A stretch of DNA of 64,000 bases, from NCBI GenBank assembly GCA_963706575.1, contig CAVPNL010000002.1, positions 64,001 through 128,000 of the forward strand, given 5' to 3'. The translations under genes and the position numbers were made by a program. The stretch comes from an uncultured delta proteobacterium. Its GTDB lineage: Bacteria; Desulfobacterota; Desulfobacteria; Desulfobacterales; JAHEIW01. The notes below the pieces were generated by a model. It did not search any database. It had not been told where the DNA came from and saw nothing but the letters and a program-made list of their open reading frames with translations. Below, in pieces: positions 39,083-50,105 of the stretch (its first letter is position 1; each line of letters begins with the position of its first letter).

Positions 39083-40524
39083 GTGAATCAAAAACATAAA
39101 GTTCTGATCATGCGGTGCGATGGATATGACCCGGATCGAATTGCCGGCATTGTTAAAGAGGGTATGCAGGAATTAGGGGTGACACCTACCGGCAGAATTC
39201 TTCTAAAACCCAATGTGGTCATAGCGCACCAGGAAATTTTTCCCAATGCTTTTACACGCGCAGAATTCTTAGACGGCGTTCTATCAGCAGTTAAATCCCG
39301 GGCTGAGGCTGTTGATGAGATCGCCGTCGGTGAACGTTCAGGCATCACGGTGCCCACCCGTTTCAATTTTAAAAATGCCGGATATCCTGAAATTATAAAT
39401 AAACACGGCATCAAGGCTTATTATTTTGACGAATCCAAACACGTGCCGGTTCAGTTGAAGCACCGTCAGGCGCTTCGTGACACCCTGTATATTCCCAAAC
39501 CTATCACCCAATGCGATTTTCTCATTAATTTGCCCAAATTCAAAGCCCATCCCTGGAGCCGTCTGACCCTGAGCCTTAAAAATTTCATCGGGCTTCAGGA
39601 CGACCGCCATCGTCTGGTCGATCATAATCAATTTCTGGAGCATAAAATCGCCGACCTGCAGGAGGTGATCCAGCCAAAATTTATAGCGATTGACGGCATT
39701 GTGGCCGGTCAGAAAATGATGCTCACACCGACGCCTTTTATGCTGGGTGCCATCGTAATGGGAACCAACTCATGTGCCGTTGATACCGTCGGATGCCACA
39801 TGGTGAATGTAAACCCGCATAGATGTAATCCACCTGCGCTATGCATCACAAAGAGGCTTTGGCCCCATGGAGTTGGATCAGATCGAAGTTGGTGGAGATT
39901 ATCCACTGGCAGAAGTTCAGCAACATGCGCAAAATTTCAAATTTTGCGTTGAACGCATCGATGATTATTTCAGCGCAACCCGCAATCTGTCCTGTACGGT
40001 GGGAACATTTCCGGAAAAACATTCATCTGATTATTGTCAAGGAGGCTGCCCCGGCGCCCTGCAGGAAGCGATGCACATATTTCGCGGATTTAACCCGGAC
40101 GTCGATCAAGAGATGCAAAAAGTGCGTTATGTCGTCGGCAAAGTCGACGGGCCCTTGAATTTGGCCGAAGGCGAACGGGTTATTTTCGCGGGCGAGCTGT
40201 ACCAGCTGGGAGGGCGATATCGACGGTAAAACGGTTAAAATAGAAAGCAGTTATAAAACCACGGCAGAAGTAAGCGTGAAAAGCACAGCCTCAAACGACA
40301 TGCTTTTAAAAACGGGGACCGCCCTCGTGCATGCGCTGTGGAAAAGAAAATCGCGCTATATTCACGCCAGCGGTTGCCCGTTATCGGTTGCCGGGCACGT
40401 GAATTATCTGTCTGCCTTGGCAAAAATCAAAAATCCCCATTTCGATCCGCGAGTGTTGATCCCCATCAACATTGCCTACTGGCAAATGCGGTTTTTCAGA
40501 TTTTTAAATCGATTTTTTACTTAG
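39083..40524 (+). pseudogene. DUF362 family Fe-S protein with two +1 frameshifts (~39820, ~40195)
   Basis: ILLKPNVV, INLPKFKAH, TLSLKNFIG, IAIDGI; continues through ORFs 39867-40229 and 40276-40524 (CQGGC, ASGCP). Confidence 0.75.
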
Positions 40525-40689
40525 AGGTGGTTTCAAAACCTCAGATCAGGTTCAAGGGCAAGGCGCAGGCCGATCGAGAAAGTCGTTGTTCTCAGCATAC
40601 ATGATGGGCTAGTATGTGCGCATTTATCGGAGGCCTGGAACGCAGCTATTGAGCCTTCGTCCGCCGGAGGCGGATTGAAACCGCTTTTA
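40522..40689. mobile_element. family A hairpin MITE, diverged copy
   Basis: TAGAGGTGGTTTCAAAACCTCAGATCAGGTTCAAGGGCAAGGCG...TTGAAACCGCTTTTA; begins at the TAG stop of the DUF362 gene. Confidence 0.85.
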
Positions 40690-40732
40690 GGCCTTAACCA
40701 ACTAACAGAGGACTTCAAATAGAATTGACCCT

Positions 40733-43700
40733 ATGTCCGGCCTGAACATTTTTACCAGCAACAAACTTGAGATCCTTGCAGAGAAGTTAGCCCAACTCAT
40801 CAAAACCCCTGGGTCATCTGCGCTTGCTGCTGAAATTATCGTCATCCAGAGCAGCGGTATGGCGCGATGGATATCTTTAGAGCTTGCCAGGCACAACGGT
40901 ATTTGTGCCAATATTCGATTCCCATTTCCCAACACATTTTTGGAAGAAATCGCCAAACAATCGCTGCCGGACTTTCGGGAGCGGGTGTCTTTAGACCCGG
41001 ATCGAATGACCTTTAAAATTATGAAAGCTATTCCGGAATGCATCCGGCTGCCCGGATTCGATCGTCTCAAAGCCTATCTGGCTGAAGATGACGCCCATCT
41101 CAAACGCTTACAGCTGTCAAGCAAACTGGCCGATATATATGATCAGTATCAGGTGTTCCGCCCGGAAATGATATTGCAATGGGAACAGGGCAAACAGGGT
41201 GCAGATGAAGCGCATCCCGAGGATAAATGGCAGGCACAGCTCTGGCGCAAACTGATTCAAGGTGAAGAAAACCGGCACCGGGCCGGGATGCAGCGTGATT
41301 TGATAAAGAAATTAAGCACTGAGCCGACTCAATTTAAGAATTTGCCAAAGCGCGTATTTATATTCGGCATATCCTATCTGCCGCTTTTCCACGTGGAAGC
41401 TTTTGTTGCCCTGTCACAACACCTTGAATTGAACTTATTTCTGCTGAATCCCTGTTGCGAATACTGGGGCGATATCGTTTCTGAAAAGCAAATGCAGCGT
41501 ATTCGGCGGAAATATCCACGGTCGGCAAATATCAATGCAGAATTACATCTGGAAGAAGGAAATCGTCTGCTGGCATCCATGGGAACCCATGGCAAGGATT
41601 TTTTTACGGTGATCAGTGGCTTCGATTTTAAAATGCATGAAATCTACCAGGACCCGGAATGCACCGACCTGCTTTCCTGTATTCAATCTGACATTTTGAA
41701 TCTTAGAGAGCGCAAGGCAGCACAATGTTGTTTGAAGGATCAGGGAGACGCACTGACATCGCCGGTTCCGGTATTGAAAATAGACAATTCGGACACGTCG
41801 ATTCAAATACACAACTGCCACAGCCCAATGCGAGAAATTCAGGTGTTGCAAGACAACCTGCTGGCCATGTTTGATGAAGACCCGCACTTGCTGCCCAAGG
41901 ATATTGTGGTGATGGCACCGGACATTGCAGTGTATGCCCCTTACATCCAGGCCGTGTTTGCTACCCAACCGGATGAACGACTAAGAATTCCGTATAGTAT
42001 TGCAGATCAAAGCGCCCGGGATCAGGGGCGCCTGATCGACGGTTTTTTTTCATTTCTGGATCTTAAGGGATCCAGATTCAGCGCCGCCCGGGTGATGCGC
42101 CTGCTGGAGTCACCCGGCGTTAAAGAAAAATTCGGATTAAGTCAAACGGACATTGAAAACATCGAACGCTGGATTCGCGATACCCGAATCCGCTGGGGAA
42201 TTGATGGCGCCCATCGTCAACAAATGGGACTTCCGGCGGTTTCTGAAAATACCTGGTCGGCTGGAATCCAGCGACTTTTATTGGGTTACGCCATGCCGGG
42301 AAATGATCAGCTGATGTTTAACGGCATATTGCCCTACGATAAGGTTGAGGGCGGTGAAATTCACAGTTTCGGAAGATTCCTGGATTTTATGCATACGGTA
42401 TTAGGATATACAGAGAAACTGACCCGGCCGAAACAGCTTCAGCAGTGGGGTGCGTTGTTTAAGCGATTGCTTGACGATTTATTTATTCCAGACGAAGAGA
42501 CGGAAGCCGAAACACAAAATTTAAGAAATATTTTTGATGACCTGGGAAATCGACAAGCGGAGAGCGCCTTCAATGAAAAACTCGAATTTGAGTCGATTCG
42601 GTTTTATATCGGTCAGCGTTTGGAAAAATTAAGCTTCGGATCCGGCTTCATGACCGGCGGGGTCACATTTTGCGCCATGCTACCGATGCGCAGTATTCCC
42701 TTTAAAGTCATTTGCCTGCTGGGCATGAATTCAGATGTATTTCCCCGCGAAGCCCAACCGCTGACCTTCAACCTGGTTGCCAAACACCCGCAACCCGGTG
42801 ATCGCTCCCGCCGAGATGATGATAAATACTTATTTCTGGAATCGATTATTTCAGCACGCAACAAACTGTATATCAGTTACGTGGGACAAAGCATTCAGGA
42901 CAACAGCCGTATCCCGCCGTCGGTGTTGGTCAGCGAATTGATGGACATCATTGAAAAAGGATTTGAGCTTCCCGGCAAAAATATTCTGGCGCATCTGGTC
43001 ACCGATCACCGGTTGCAGGCATTTTCACCGCAATATTTTCAAAAAGATAGCAAGCTTTTCAGTTATTCTGAAGAAAACCGGCAAGCGGCTGCATTTTTAG
43101 GCAAAAGCGAAACAGTGCAACAATTGATCACCAGCGCGCTACCGTTGACCCCGGCCGAAAAAGAGGAACTGCATTCGCTTGATATTGAAACCCTGGTCCG
43201 GTTTTTCAGCAATCCAATTCGATTTATGCTCCAGCAACGACTTGGCATTTATCTGGAAGAGACAGCGGGACTGAGCGAAAGACGCGAGGATTTTGAATTA
43301 AATCCTTTAGACCATTATCTGGTCGGACAAAACCTGGTGGAAGCCAGAATGGAAGGTCGGGATTTGAATAATTACCGACCGGTACAGATCGCCATGGGGC
43401 AAATGCCGCATGGTAACGTCGGCACTTTTTATTTTAATGAACTGAGCAGTGATGTCGAGCGATTTGTCAGCAAAATAGAATCTTTGAAGGATAAAAAAAT
43501 TGCCGGGCCCCTGGAAACACGAATCCAAATGGGTGAATACATACTGCAGACTCGTCTACCGGAAATATTCGATTGTGGCCTGCTTTGGGTCCGATATGCT
43601 AAACAACGGGCTCAGGATCTGATAAGCGCTTGGATTTATCACCTGGTATTTTGTGAAGCAGCATCAAAAGATTTGCATCCCCAAAGCACTATCATATTTA

Positions 43701-44044
43701 AAAATGCAGCCTGGCAGTTCAAACCGGTTGAACACCACCTGCAAATTCTTATGGATATATTAAATACGTTCAAATCAGGATTGGAAAAGCCGCTGCATTT
43801 TTTTCCGCGTTCGTCACTGGAATATGTTCAGCATGAACAGGTGAAAGGCAAATCGAAAACAACAGCGCTAATACGGGCACGAAAAAAATGGCAGGGCAGT
43901 GGCGATCATGCCAGGGGGGAGTCAGCCGATCTCTACTATGATGTTTGTTTTAAGATGACCGACCCCCTTGATCAGGCCTTTGAGGAGGTTTCCAAAGCGG
44001 TGTTTGGGCCTTTGCTGGCAAATGGAAGTTTACTGGAAATATGA
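40733..44044 (+). CDS. recC: exodeoxyribonuclease V gamma subunit
   Basis: SNKLEIL, QSSGMARW, NPCCEYWGDI, CHSPMREIQVL, PMRSIPFKV, GDRSRRDDDKYLFLE. Confidence 0.96.
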   Translation: MSGLNIFTSNKLEILAEKLAQLIKTPGSSALAAEIIVIQSSGMARWISLELARHNGICANIRFPFPNTFLEEIAKQSLPDFRERVSLDPDRMTFKIMKAIPECIRLPGFDRLKAYLAEDDAHLKRLQLSSKLADIYDQYQVFRPEMILQWEQGKQGADEAHPEDKWQAQLWRKLIQGEENRHRAGMQRDLIKKLSTEPTQFKNLPKRVFIFGISYLPLFHVEAFVALSQHLELNLFLLNPCCEYWGDIVSEKQMQRIRRKYPRSANINAELHLEEGNRLLASMGTHGKDFFTVISGFDFKMHEIYQDPECTDLLSCIQSDILNLRERKAAQCCLKDQGDALTSPVPVLKIDNSDTSIQIHNCHSPMREIQVLQDNLLAMFDEDPHLLPKDIVVMAPDIAVYAPYIQAVFATQPDERLRIPYSIADQSARDQGRLIDGFFSFLDLKGSRFSAARVMRLLESPGVKEKFGLSQTDIENIERWIRDTRIRWGIDGAHRQQMGLPAVSENTWSAGIQRLLLGYAMPGNDQLMFNGILPYDKVEGGEIHSFGRFLDFMHTVLGYTEKLTRPKQLQQWGALFKRLLDDLFIPDEETEAETQNLRNIFDDLGNRQAESAFNEKLEFESIRFYIGQRLEKLSFGSGFMTGGVTFCAMLPMRSIPFKVICLLGMNSDVFPREAQPLTFNLVAKHPQPGDRSRRDDDKYLFLESIISARNKLYISYVGQSIQDNSRIPPSVLVSELMDIIEKGFELPGKNILAHLVTDHRLQAFSPQYFQKDSKLFSYSEENRQAAAFLGKSETVQQLITSALPLTPAEKEELHSLDIETLVRFFSNPIRFMLQQRLGIYLEETAGLSERREDFELNPLDHYLVGQNLVEARMEGRDLNNYRPVQIAMGQMPHGNVGTFYFNELSSDVERFVSKIESLKDKKIAGPLETRIQMGEYILQTRLPEIFDCGLLWVRYAKQRAQDLISAWIYHLVFCEAASKDLHPQSTIIFKNAAWQFKPVEHHLQILMDILNTFKSGLEKPLHFFPRSSLEYVQHEQVKGKSKTTALIRARKKWQGSGDHARGESADLYYDVCFKMTDPLDQAFEEVSKAVFGPLLANGSLLEI

Positions 44045-44088
44045 ATTCTGAATTTTGCATAAAAATTAATGAGAAGAAGGAGATAGCA

Positions 44089-44472
44089 ATGGCAATGGTG
44101 GTTCAAATGCACGAGGGTGTGGCAATTAATAAATTTAAATTAGACAAGCCCGTATTGCGAATTGGCCGTGATCCGGGCAGTGATATTTTTATCGATAACC
44201 CGGTGGTCAGCACTGAACATGCTGTCATCAAGGCGGAAGATAATCCAGCGTCCGGCGGCGCACCGGAATTTTACATCGAAGATCTGAAGAGCACCAACAG
44301 TACTTTTGTCAATGGCGAAAAAATAACCCGTCATAAACTCAAGCACGATGATATGATCCGGGTCGGATGGAATACGTTTAAGTTTATCGACGAAGCCGAA
44401 GGGGATCCGAATAAAACCGCCAAAATCCGTAAAAGCTGGATACCTGGGGTTTACTATACTGAAGACGAGTAA
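44089..44472 (+). CDS. stand-alone FHA domain protein
   Basis: IGRDPGSDI, VVSTEHA, DLKSTNSTFVNG; AAGGAG RBS. Confidence 0.88.
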   Translation: MAMVVQMHEGVAINKFKLDKPVLRIGRDPGSDIFIDNPVVSTEHAVIKAEDNPASGGAPEFYIEDLKSTNSTFVNGEKITRHKLKHDDMIRVGWNTFKFIDEAEGDPNKTAKIRKSWIPGVYYTEDE

Positions 44473-44650
44473 ATTGCGTGTCGATCCTTCAAAGCTAAAT
44501 ATCCGGTCGAGAACGTTTAATTGGTTATGGCAGTCAGACAAATAATAAAACCAATTCAACCAATAAAACCAATAAAACGGTTCATTTTACAGTTATGTAA
44601 GAAATTATTGTCTATAGTTTATATTCTAACAAAATTGAATAACTGGCACC

Positions 44651-45823
44651 ATGGATATCTCCTCACTTTTACAAGCGATCTTCGACCCGAAGCTGAACCG
44701 ATCCGCTTGGGTTCAGGAAGTCATTAAACCGGGAGATGTTTTTCGTTTAAAGGTTATTGATGTTAAAGACAACCATCGTGCCCTGGTAGATCTGGGAAAA
44801 TTTCGTGCGCTGGCTGAAGTAGAATTTCCGGTTAAAGCCGGTGACAACCTGCTCGTAAAAGTAACCGGTACCGAGGGACAACTGCGTCTTCAGCTGATAG
44901 ATTCGGAATCGAGGGCTGTTGTTGCTAGTAAAAACAGTTCCAGCCAGTTGAAAATCATTTCTTTTGAGCTGTTTGACAGGATTCAATCCGATATCAGACA
45001 GGCGGTCGAACAAATATTAAAACTCCCGCAAAGCCAGCTGCAGCCGGAGCAGATCGGACGGGCCTTGTCAACTCTGGATGCCCATTTTGAATCGATTGAT
45101 TTAAACCGCAACATGGAAAAGTGGCTTCCACTGCTTAAATCACGACTCGAAGAGTCCGGTTTGTTTTTTGAAAAGAAGCTTGCGGATATCATTCGCCAAT
45201 TGGCCGATCGCCCGGAGTCTGATTTAGCCAGAGAATTGACCCGTTCTTCTGAAATTAAAAAAATCCTGACACAGGACTTAAAGCCCGTCCTTTTGATGCT
45301 CAAAGAATATCTGGAAACATCGGATTCAATTTCCAAAATCCTTGACGCCAAAAGCCTTTCGAGTTTCAAAGGCACCCTTGACATGCTGCTGGCCGATATC
45401 AGCAACCAACAATCCCGGGCAATTAACAGGCATGAATTGCCGGATCCTTTCCAGGTGTTTTCCTTTGTGCTTCCGTTAAAGGAAGATCAGAAAAAAGCTC
45501 AGTTGAAATTGTACTGCCCGAAGAAAAAACAAAACGGTTCCCGGGCCGGGTTTAAGATTTCGCTTTTACTTGACATGGACCGAATCGGGGAGGTCCGAAG
45601 CGATTTTTTTCTGATGAAAAAAGATCTGTCCATTACCTTCTTTGTTAAAGATGAGATCAGTAAAAAACAATTTGAGAATCATTTTGAAGAAATCAGTGAG
45701 TCATTAAATTCGTTATTTGACTATTTGGTTTTAAAGGCAGTGGTTTCTGAAAAGAAAATTCAAGAGTTCCATCACGAGGATTTAGACCTCGGTGGTGATC
45801 GACAAATCGATCTGAGGATATAA
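44651..45823 (+). CDS. FliK-like (hook-length control C-terminal domain) protein
   Basis: LEESGLFFEKKL and ISLLLDMDRIGEV motifs; coupled to the flhB-C-like gene. Confidence 0.65.
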   Translation: MDISSLLQAIFDPKLNRSAWVQEVIKPGDVFRLKVIDVKDNHRALVDLGKFRALAEVEFPVKAGDNLLVKVTGTEGQLRLQLIDSESRAVVASKNSSSQLKIISFELFDRIQSDIRQAVEQILKLPQSQLQPEQIGRALSTLDAHFESIDLNRNMEKWLPLLKSRLEESGLFFEKKLADIIRQLADRPESDLARELTRSSEIKKILTQDLKPVLLMLKEYLETSDSISKILDAKSLSSFKGTLDMLLADISNQQSRAINRHELPDPFQVFSFVLPLKEDQKKAQLKLYCPKKKQNGSRAGFKISLLLDMDRIGEVRSDFFLMKKDLSITFFVKDEISKKQFENHFEEISESLNSLFDYLVLKAVVSEKKIQEFHHEDLDLGGDRQIDLRI

Positions 45824-46086
45824 TGCGTAAAAAGAAGGCCAAAGCCGTTGCACTCAAATATGAAACGGAAAAAGATTCGGCACCCCGAGTTGTGGCCAAG
45901 GGCAGGGACCTTATCGCCGAAAAAATAATCGAAACTGCCAAGGCCCATAATGTTCCCCTGTATGAAGACAAAAATCTGGTGCAGGTGCTGGAGGCGCTAG
46001 ATCTGGATACGGAAATCCCTCCCGAGTTGTACCGTGCCGTGGCGGAGGTGCTGGCATTTATCTATAGATTGAACGGTAGAATGTAA
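45823..46086 (+). CDS. FlhB C-terminal-like (EscU/YscU/FlhX-YlqH) protein
   Basis: AVALKY, APRVVAKG, EIPPELYRAVAEVLAFIY. Confidence 0.92.
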   Translation: MRKKKAKAVALKYETEKDSAPRVVAKGRDLIAEKIIETAKAHNVPLYEDKNLVQVLEALDLDTEIPPELYRAVAEVLAFIYRLNGRM

Positions 46087-46282
46087 TTTAAATCGCATCC
46101 TCATTTTGCACAAACCACAAAATAATCGAGTTTTAAAATTTCGGAATTTGGATTTTAGATTTTGGATTTTACGACAACCGATTTTTTTTGAGCATCAATT
46201 CTCATAGTCTTAAATCCGCAATCCAAAATTAAGTTTAAGAAACCACCAAAACGGACTATCAAAAATTAGAAGGTATATAAGG

Positions 46283-49200
46283 TTGCAACCACTTGACCTC
46301 ATAAACACCCCCCTGGAAGGCATCAATCTGATTGAAGCCAGTGCCGGTACCGGTAAAACCTATGCCATTGAGGGATTGTTCCTGAGGCTGATTCTGGAAA
46401 AACAGCTCCGGGTGGACCAAATCCTGGTCGTGACGTTTACCAAAGCGGCCACCGAAGAGCTCAGGGACCGGATCCGGGGTAAACTGCTGCAAGCCGAAAA
46501 ATCGTTTACGGCAGGAGCCAGCGAAGACCATCTGCTGGCCGATTTGCTGCAGCACCAGAAAGATCATGCGGTGGCTGTGGATTTGATTCATGATGCCCTG
46601 GTTGAATTTGATAAAGCGCCTATTTTTACCATTCACGGTTTCTGCGCTCGTATCCTGTACGAACATGCATTCGAAACCGCCAATTTGTTCGATAGCGAGC
46701 TGATTTCCGACCAGACCGAACTGGTGCGGGATGTTGCCGAAGATTTCTGGCGAAACCATTTTTATGATGCTCCTCAAGAATTCATTGGCTATTTTACCGA
46801 AAAAATTAAAAGCCCCGCTTATTTCCGGAGGCTATTGAATAAAACCGGAGCCACGGAGTTCAAAATAATACCCCAAATTGAAAAACCACCTTTGAAAACC
46901 CTCTCTGCTTTCCGCAAAACCTACCAGCTACTAAAAGACCAATGGCCCACAGCGCGCAGTGCTGTTATAGAAGCCCTGCGTGACCCTGCATTGAGCGGCA
47001 CCTATTACGGCAGTCTGAAAGCGGTTGAAAACAACGCGGCGACGACCAGGCGAGATCTGAAAATATTCGCCATGAGCGAGGCCATGGATAAATACGCGGC
47101 CGTCGACAATGAGGGCTTTCCGCTGTTTAAGAACTTCGAGAATTTTAGCGCCCAAAAAATAAAAAAGGCCACCCGCAAAGAGGAATCACCGCCTTCCCAT
47201 GAATTTTTTACGACCTGTGATGACCTATACCGCCGCGCAGATGCCTTGCAGGCCGAGCTGGAAAATTACTTTGTTTATCTTAAGACACAGCTATTTAACG
47301 ATGCACCTGCGGCGCTAAAGAAGAGAAAGTCGGAAAGAAACATTCAATTTTTCGATGATTTGCTCATTCTGGTAAAGCAGGCACTGACTGACAAAAAGAG
47401 CAATCCCCTTGCAGCTGCTATCCGTCAGAAGTATAAAGCCGCTCTGGTGGATGAATTTCAAGATACCGACGATGTGCAGTACGAAATCTTCTCGCGGTTG
47501 TTTTCAGCAGAAGACAGCCTGCTGTTTATGATCGGTGATCCCAAGCAGGCCATTTACAGTTTTCGGGGGGCAGACATTTTTTCCTACCTGAAAGCGGCCC
47601 GGCAGGCACAGGCGAAATTTACACTTACCAAGAACTGGCGTTCCAAACCGCATCTGATCACCGCCGTCAATACTCTTTTTTCAAATTTGGAAATCCCTTT
47701 TCTTTTTGAAGGAATTCCCTTTGAAAATGCCAGTCCCGGAATTCAAGAATCAAATGGGCCGCTGGAAAAAGAAATACCCTTAACCATATGGTATCTGGAT
47801 TCACGGGAGCACGCGGACGGAAATAAACCGGTCAATAAAACCGAAGCGGTAAGGCTGATCGCCGCAGCGGTGGCGGAAGAGATTTGTCGAATCGTAACTA
47901 AAAAAGCCGCTGTGTGGCAGCCGGGTGATATTGTTGTGCTGGTGCGAACCAACCGACAGGCCCAGCAGATCAAAGAGCGCTTATCCGCCAAAGGCCTACC
48001 ATCGGTTCTCTACAGCACCGGCAACATTTTTGATTCTCATGAAGCCATGCAGATCGAAAAAATTCTACTCAGCATCTCAGAGCCGGACAACCCGGGATAC
48101 CTCAAAGCGGCCCTGGCAATGAATATGATGGGCGCCGGGGGAGAAGACCTGCTATCCGAGCGGCTGGACGTTCAGCAGTGGGAACATCGACTGGCAAGCT
48201 TCCGGGAATATTTTCAGGTGTGGCAACAATCCGGGTTTATCCGTATGTTCCAAATGGTTTTGAGCCGGGAAAAAATCCGGCAACGCCTTCTATCCTTTCC
48301 GGATGGGGAACGACAGTTAACCAACGTGCTTCACCTGGCAGAGATCATCCATCAAGAATCCACCCGGCTAAATTTGGGCATTAGCGGGGTTTTAAAATGG
48401 CTGGCCGAACAAAGAGACCCGCAATCACCGCGCCTTGAAGAACATCAACTCCGGCTTGAAAGTGACGAGGATGCCATCAAAATTGTGACCATCCATAAAA
48501 GCAAAGGTCTTGAATATCCGGTAGTGTTTTGTCCTTATGGCTGGGAAGGGTCATTGGTAAATGACCCTGAAATAATTTTTCACCAACAACGTAAGGGCGC
48601 TGGCGACCAGAGCCTGACACTGGATCTCGGTTCGGATTCTCGTGACCTAAATCTCATTCAGGCTCAAAATGAGTTGCTGGCCGAAAACATCCGCCTGTTA
48701 TATGTGGCATTAACCCGTGCAAAATCCAAATGCTACCTGGTGTGGGGAAACATCAACACCGCCGAGTCTTCAGCCCTGGCGTATCTGCTGCATACCGCCG
48801 GAGGCCCGCAAATCGATGATCGAACGCAAGATATTGTCGGTGAACTTAAAAAACAGGTGCGGCGTATATCGGATGAAGATCGTATCGCTGAGTTAAATCG
48901 GCTGGTAAAAAATTCACAGGGGAGCATCGAGGTAACGACTTTGCCTGCACCTTCGGGCTGCAATTTTTTTGAACAGCGGGACACTGCGGATCCAGTGATC
49001 GCACGCGAGTTTGCGGGTCATATCGGTCATTCCTGGCAGGTTTCAAGTTACTCCTCACTGGTATCGAGGCGGATTATCGATATTGATCAGCCCGACCGCG
49101 ATGCCCTTGGTGACCTTTTCAGGCGCCTGGAGGATACCATCGAGGATCGGAGAAATTCCCGGAAGCCCCCCAGGCATGAAAATATTTTTGAGTTTCCCAA

Positions 49201-49933
49201 AGGCGCTCCTGCCGGCAATTTTTTCCACGATATACTCGAGCATCTGGATTACACCGACTGCTCAGCTCAAGCTTTAAGCGAGCCGGTTCAACGCGCACGT
49301 CAAGCCCACGGTTTTGACAGCACCTGGCAGGATATCGTTTGCGAGACAATTGCTCATGTTCTGACGGTTTCATTAAGACCGGCTCAATCTGAATTGACGT
49401 TATCCTCCATTGATTTGGAACAGCGGGTCAATGAGATGGAGTTTTATTTTCCGCTAAACAGAATAACCCCCCAAAAGCTGCGATCGGTATTTAAAAAACT
49501 CAGCAACTTTGACAGCGGGGCAGAATTACCGGACCATTTAGGCAAATTGGCTTTCCATCCGGTCGCCGGTTATATGAAAGGATACATGGATCTGGTCTTC
49601 CGGCAGCAGGACCGATTTTATCTGGTGGATTGGAAATCTAACTATCTCGGCCCAACCATCGACAGCTATCGCCGGGAAGCGCTGGATGCCCTAATGCAGC
49701 AACATTTTTATTTCCTGCAGTACCATCTTTATGTACTGGCGCTAAGTCAATATTTGCGGATGCGCCATCCTGATTTTAGTTACGCATCCGGTTTTGGCGG
49801 TGTTTTCTATTTGTTTATCCGCGGAATCGACAGCCGCCGGGGCCCGGAATATGGGGTTTATTTTGATCTCCCGAAATCCTCTTTGATTAATGCTTTGGGA
49901 AAAGCGTTGATTCCAAACTTTTCTAAAGTTTAA
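46283..49933 (+). CDS. recB: exodeoxyribonuclease V beta subunit
   Basis: IEASAGTGKT, VDEFQDTD, TIHKSKGLEY, YVALTRA; nuclease GYMDLV...DWKSN. Confidence 0.96.
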   Translation: MQPLDLINTPLEGINLIEASAGTGKTYAIEGLFLRLILEKQLRVDQILVVTFTKAATEELRDRIRGKLLQAEKSFTAGASEDHLLADLLQHQKDHAVAVDLIHDALVEFDKAPIFTIHGFCARILYEHAFETANLFDSELISDQTELVRDVAEDFWRNHFYDAPQEFIGYFTEKIKSPAYFRRLLNKTGATEFKIIPQIEKPPLKTLSAFRKTYQLLKDQWPTARSAVIEALRDPALSGTYYGSLKAVENNAATTRRDLKIFAMSEAMDKYAAVDNEGFPLFKNFENFSAQKIKKATRKEESPPSHEFFTTCDDLYRRADALQAELENYFVYLKTQLFNDAPAALKKRKSERNIQFFDDLLILVKQALTDKKSNPLAAAIRQKYKAALVDEFQDTDDVQYEIFSRLFSAEDSLLFMIGDPKQAIYSFRGADIFSYLKAARQAQAKFTLTKNWRSKPHLITAVNTLFSNLEIPFLFEGIPFENASPGIQESNGPLEKEIPLTIWYLDSREHADGNKPVNKTEAVRLIAAAVAEEICRIVTKKAAVWQPGDIVVLVRTNRQAQQIKERLSAKGLPSVLYSTGNIFDSHEAMQIEKILLSISEPDNPGYLKAALAMNMMGAGGEDLLSERLDVQQWEHRLASFREYFQVWQQSGFIRMFQMVLSREKIRQRLLSFPDGERQLTNVLHLAEIIHQESTRLNLGISGVLKWLAEQRDPQSPRLEEHQLRLESDEDAIKIVTIHKSKGLEYPVVFCPYGWEGSLVNDPEIIFHQQRKGAGDQSLTLDLGSDSRDLNLIQAQNELLAENIRLLYVALTRAKSKCYLVWGNINTAESSALAYLLHTAGGPQIDDRTQDIVGELKKQVRRISDEDRIAELNRLVKNSQGSIEVTTLPAPSGCNFFEQRDTADPVIAREFAGHIGHSWQVSSYSSLVSRRIIDIDQPDRDALGDLFRRLEDTIEDRRNSRKPPRHENIFEFPKGAPAGNFFHDILEHLDYTDCSAQALSEPVQRARQAHGFDSTWQDIVCETIAHVLTVSLRPAQSELTLSSIDLEQRVNEMEFYFPLNRITPQKLRSVFKKLSNFDSGAELPDHLGKLAFHPVAGYMKGYMDLVFRQQDRFYLVDWKSNYLGPTIDSYRREALDALMQQHFYFLQYHLYVLALSQYLRMRHPDFSYASGFGGVFYLFIRGIDSRRGPEYGVYFDLPKSSLINALGKALIPNFSKV

Positions 49934-50021
49934 GTTATACTTAAATAACAAGCAATTAACTATTCGTTATTATAAAATAACAGTATGTTAATAAAACTTG
50001 GTATTCCAAAAATAACAAAAT

Positions 50022-50104
50022 AATGCCTAAAGTGACTAAAGTGAGCTAAAATGCCTAAAGTTTAGGAATTCTGTCATTTAAAATAGTCGGAGCGTAGCGA
50101 TACC
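50022..50104 (+). mobile_element. family B nonamer element, left half
   Basis: AATGCCTAAAGTGACTAAAGTGAGCTAAAATGCCTAAAGTTTAGGAATTCTGTCATTT...GGAGCGTAGCGA. Confidence 0.7.
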
Positions 50105-50105
50105 T

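Noticed and set aside
18620..40689. Family A repeats (GTTTTGAAAC-containing) as a CRISPR array
   Set aside because: Copies are dispersed kilobases apart as inverted pairs, with no repeat-spacer periodicity and no cas genes
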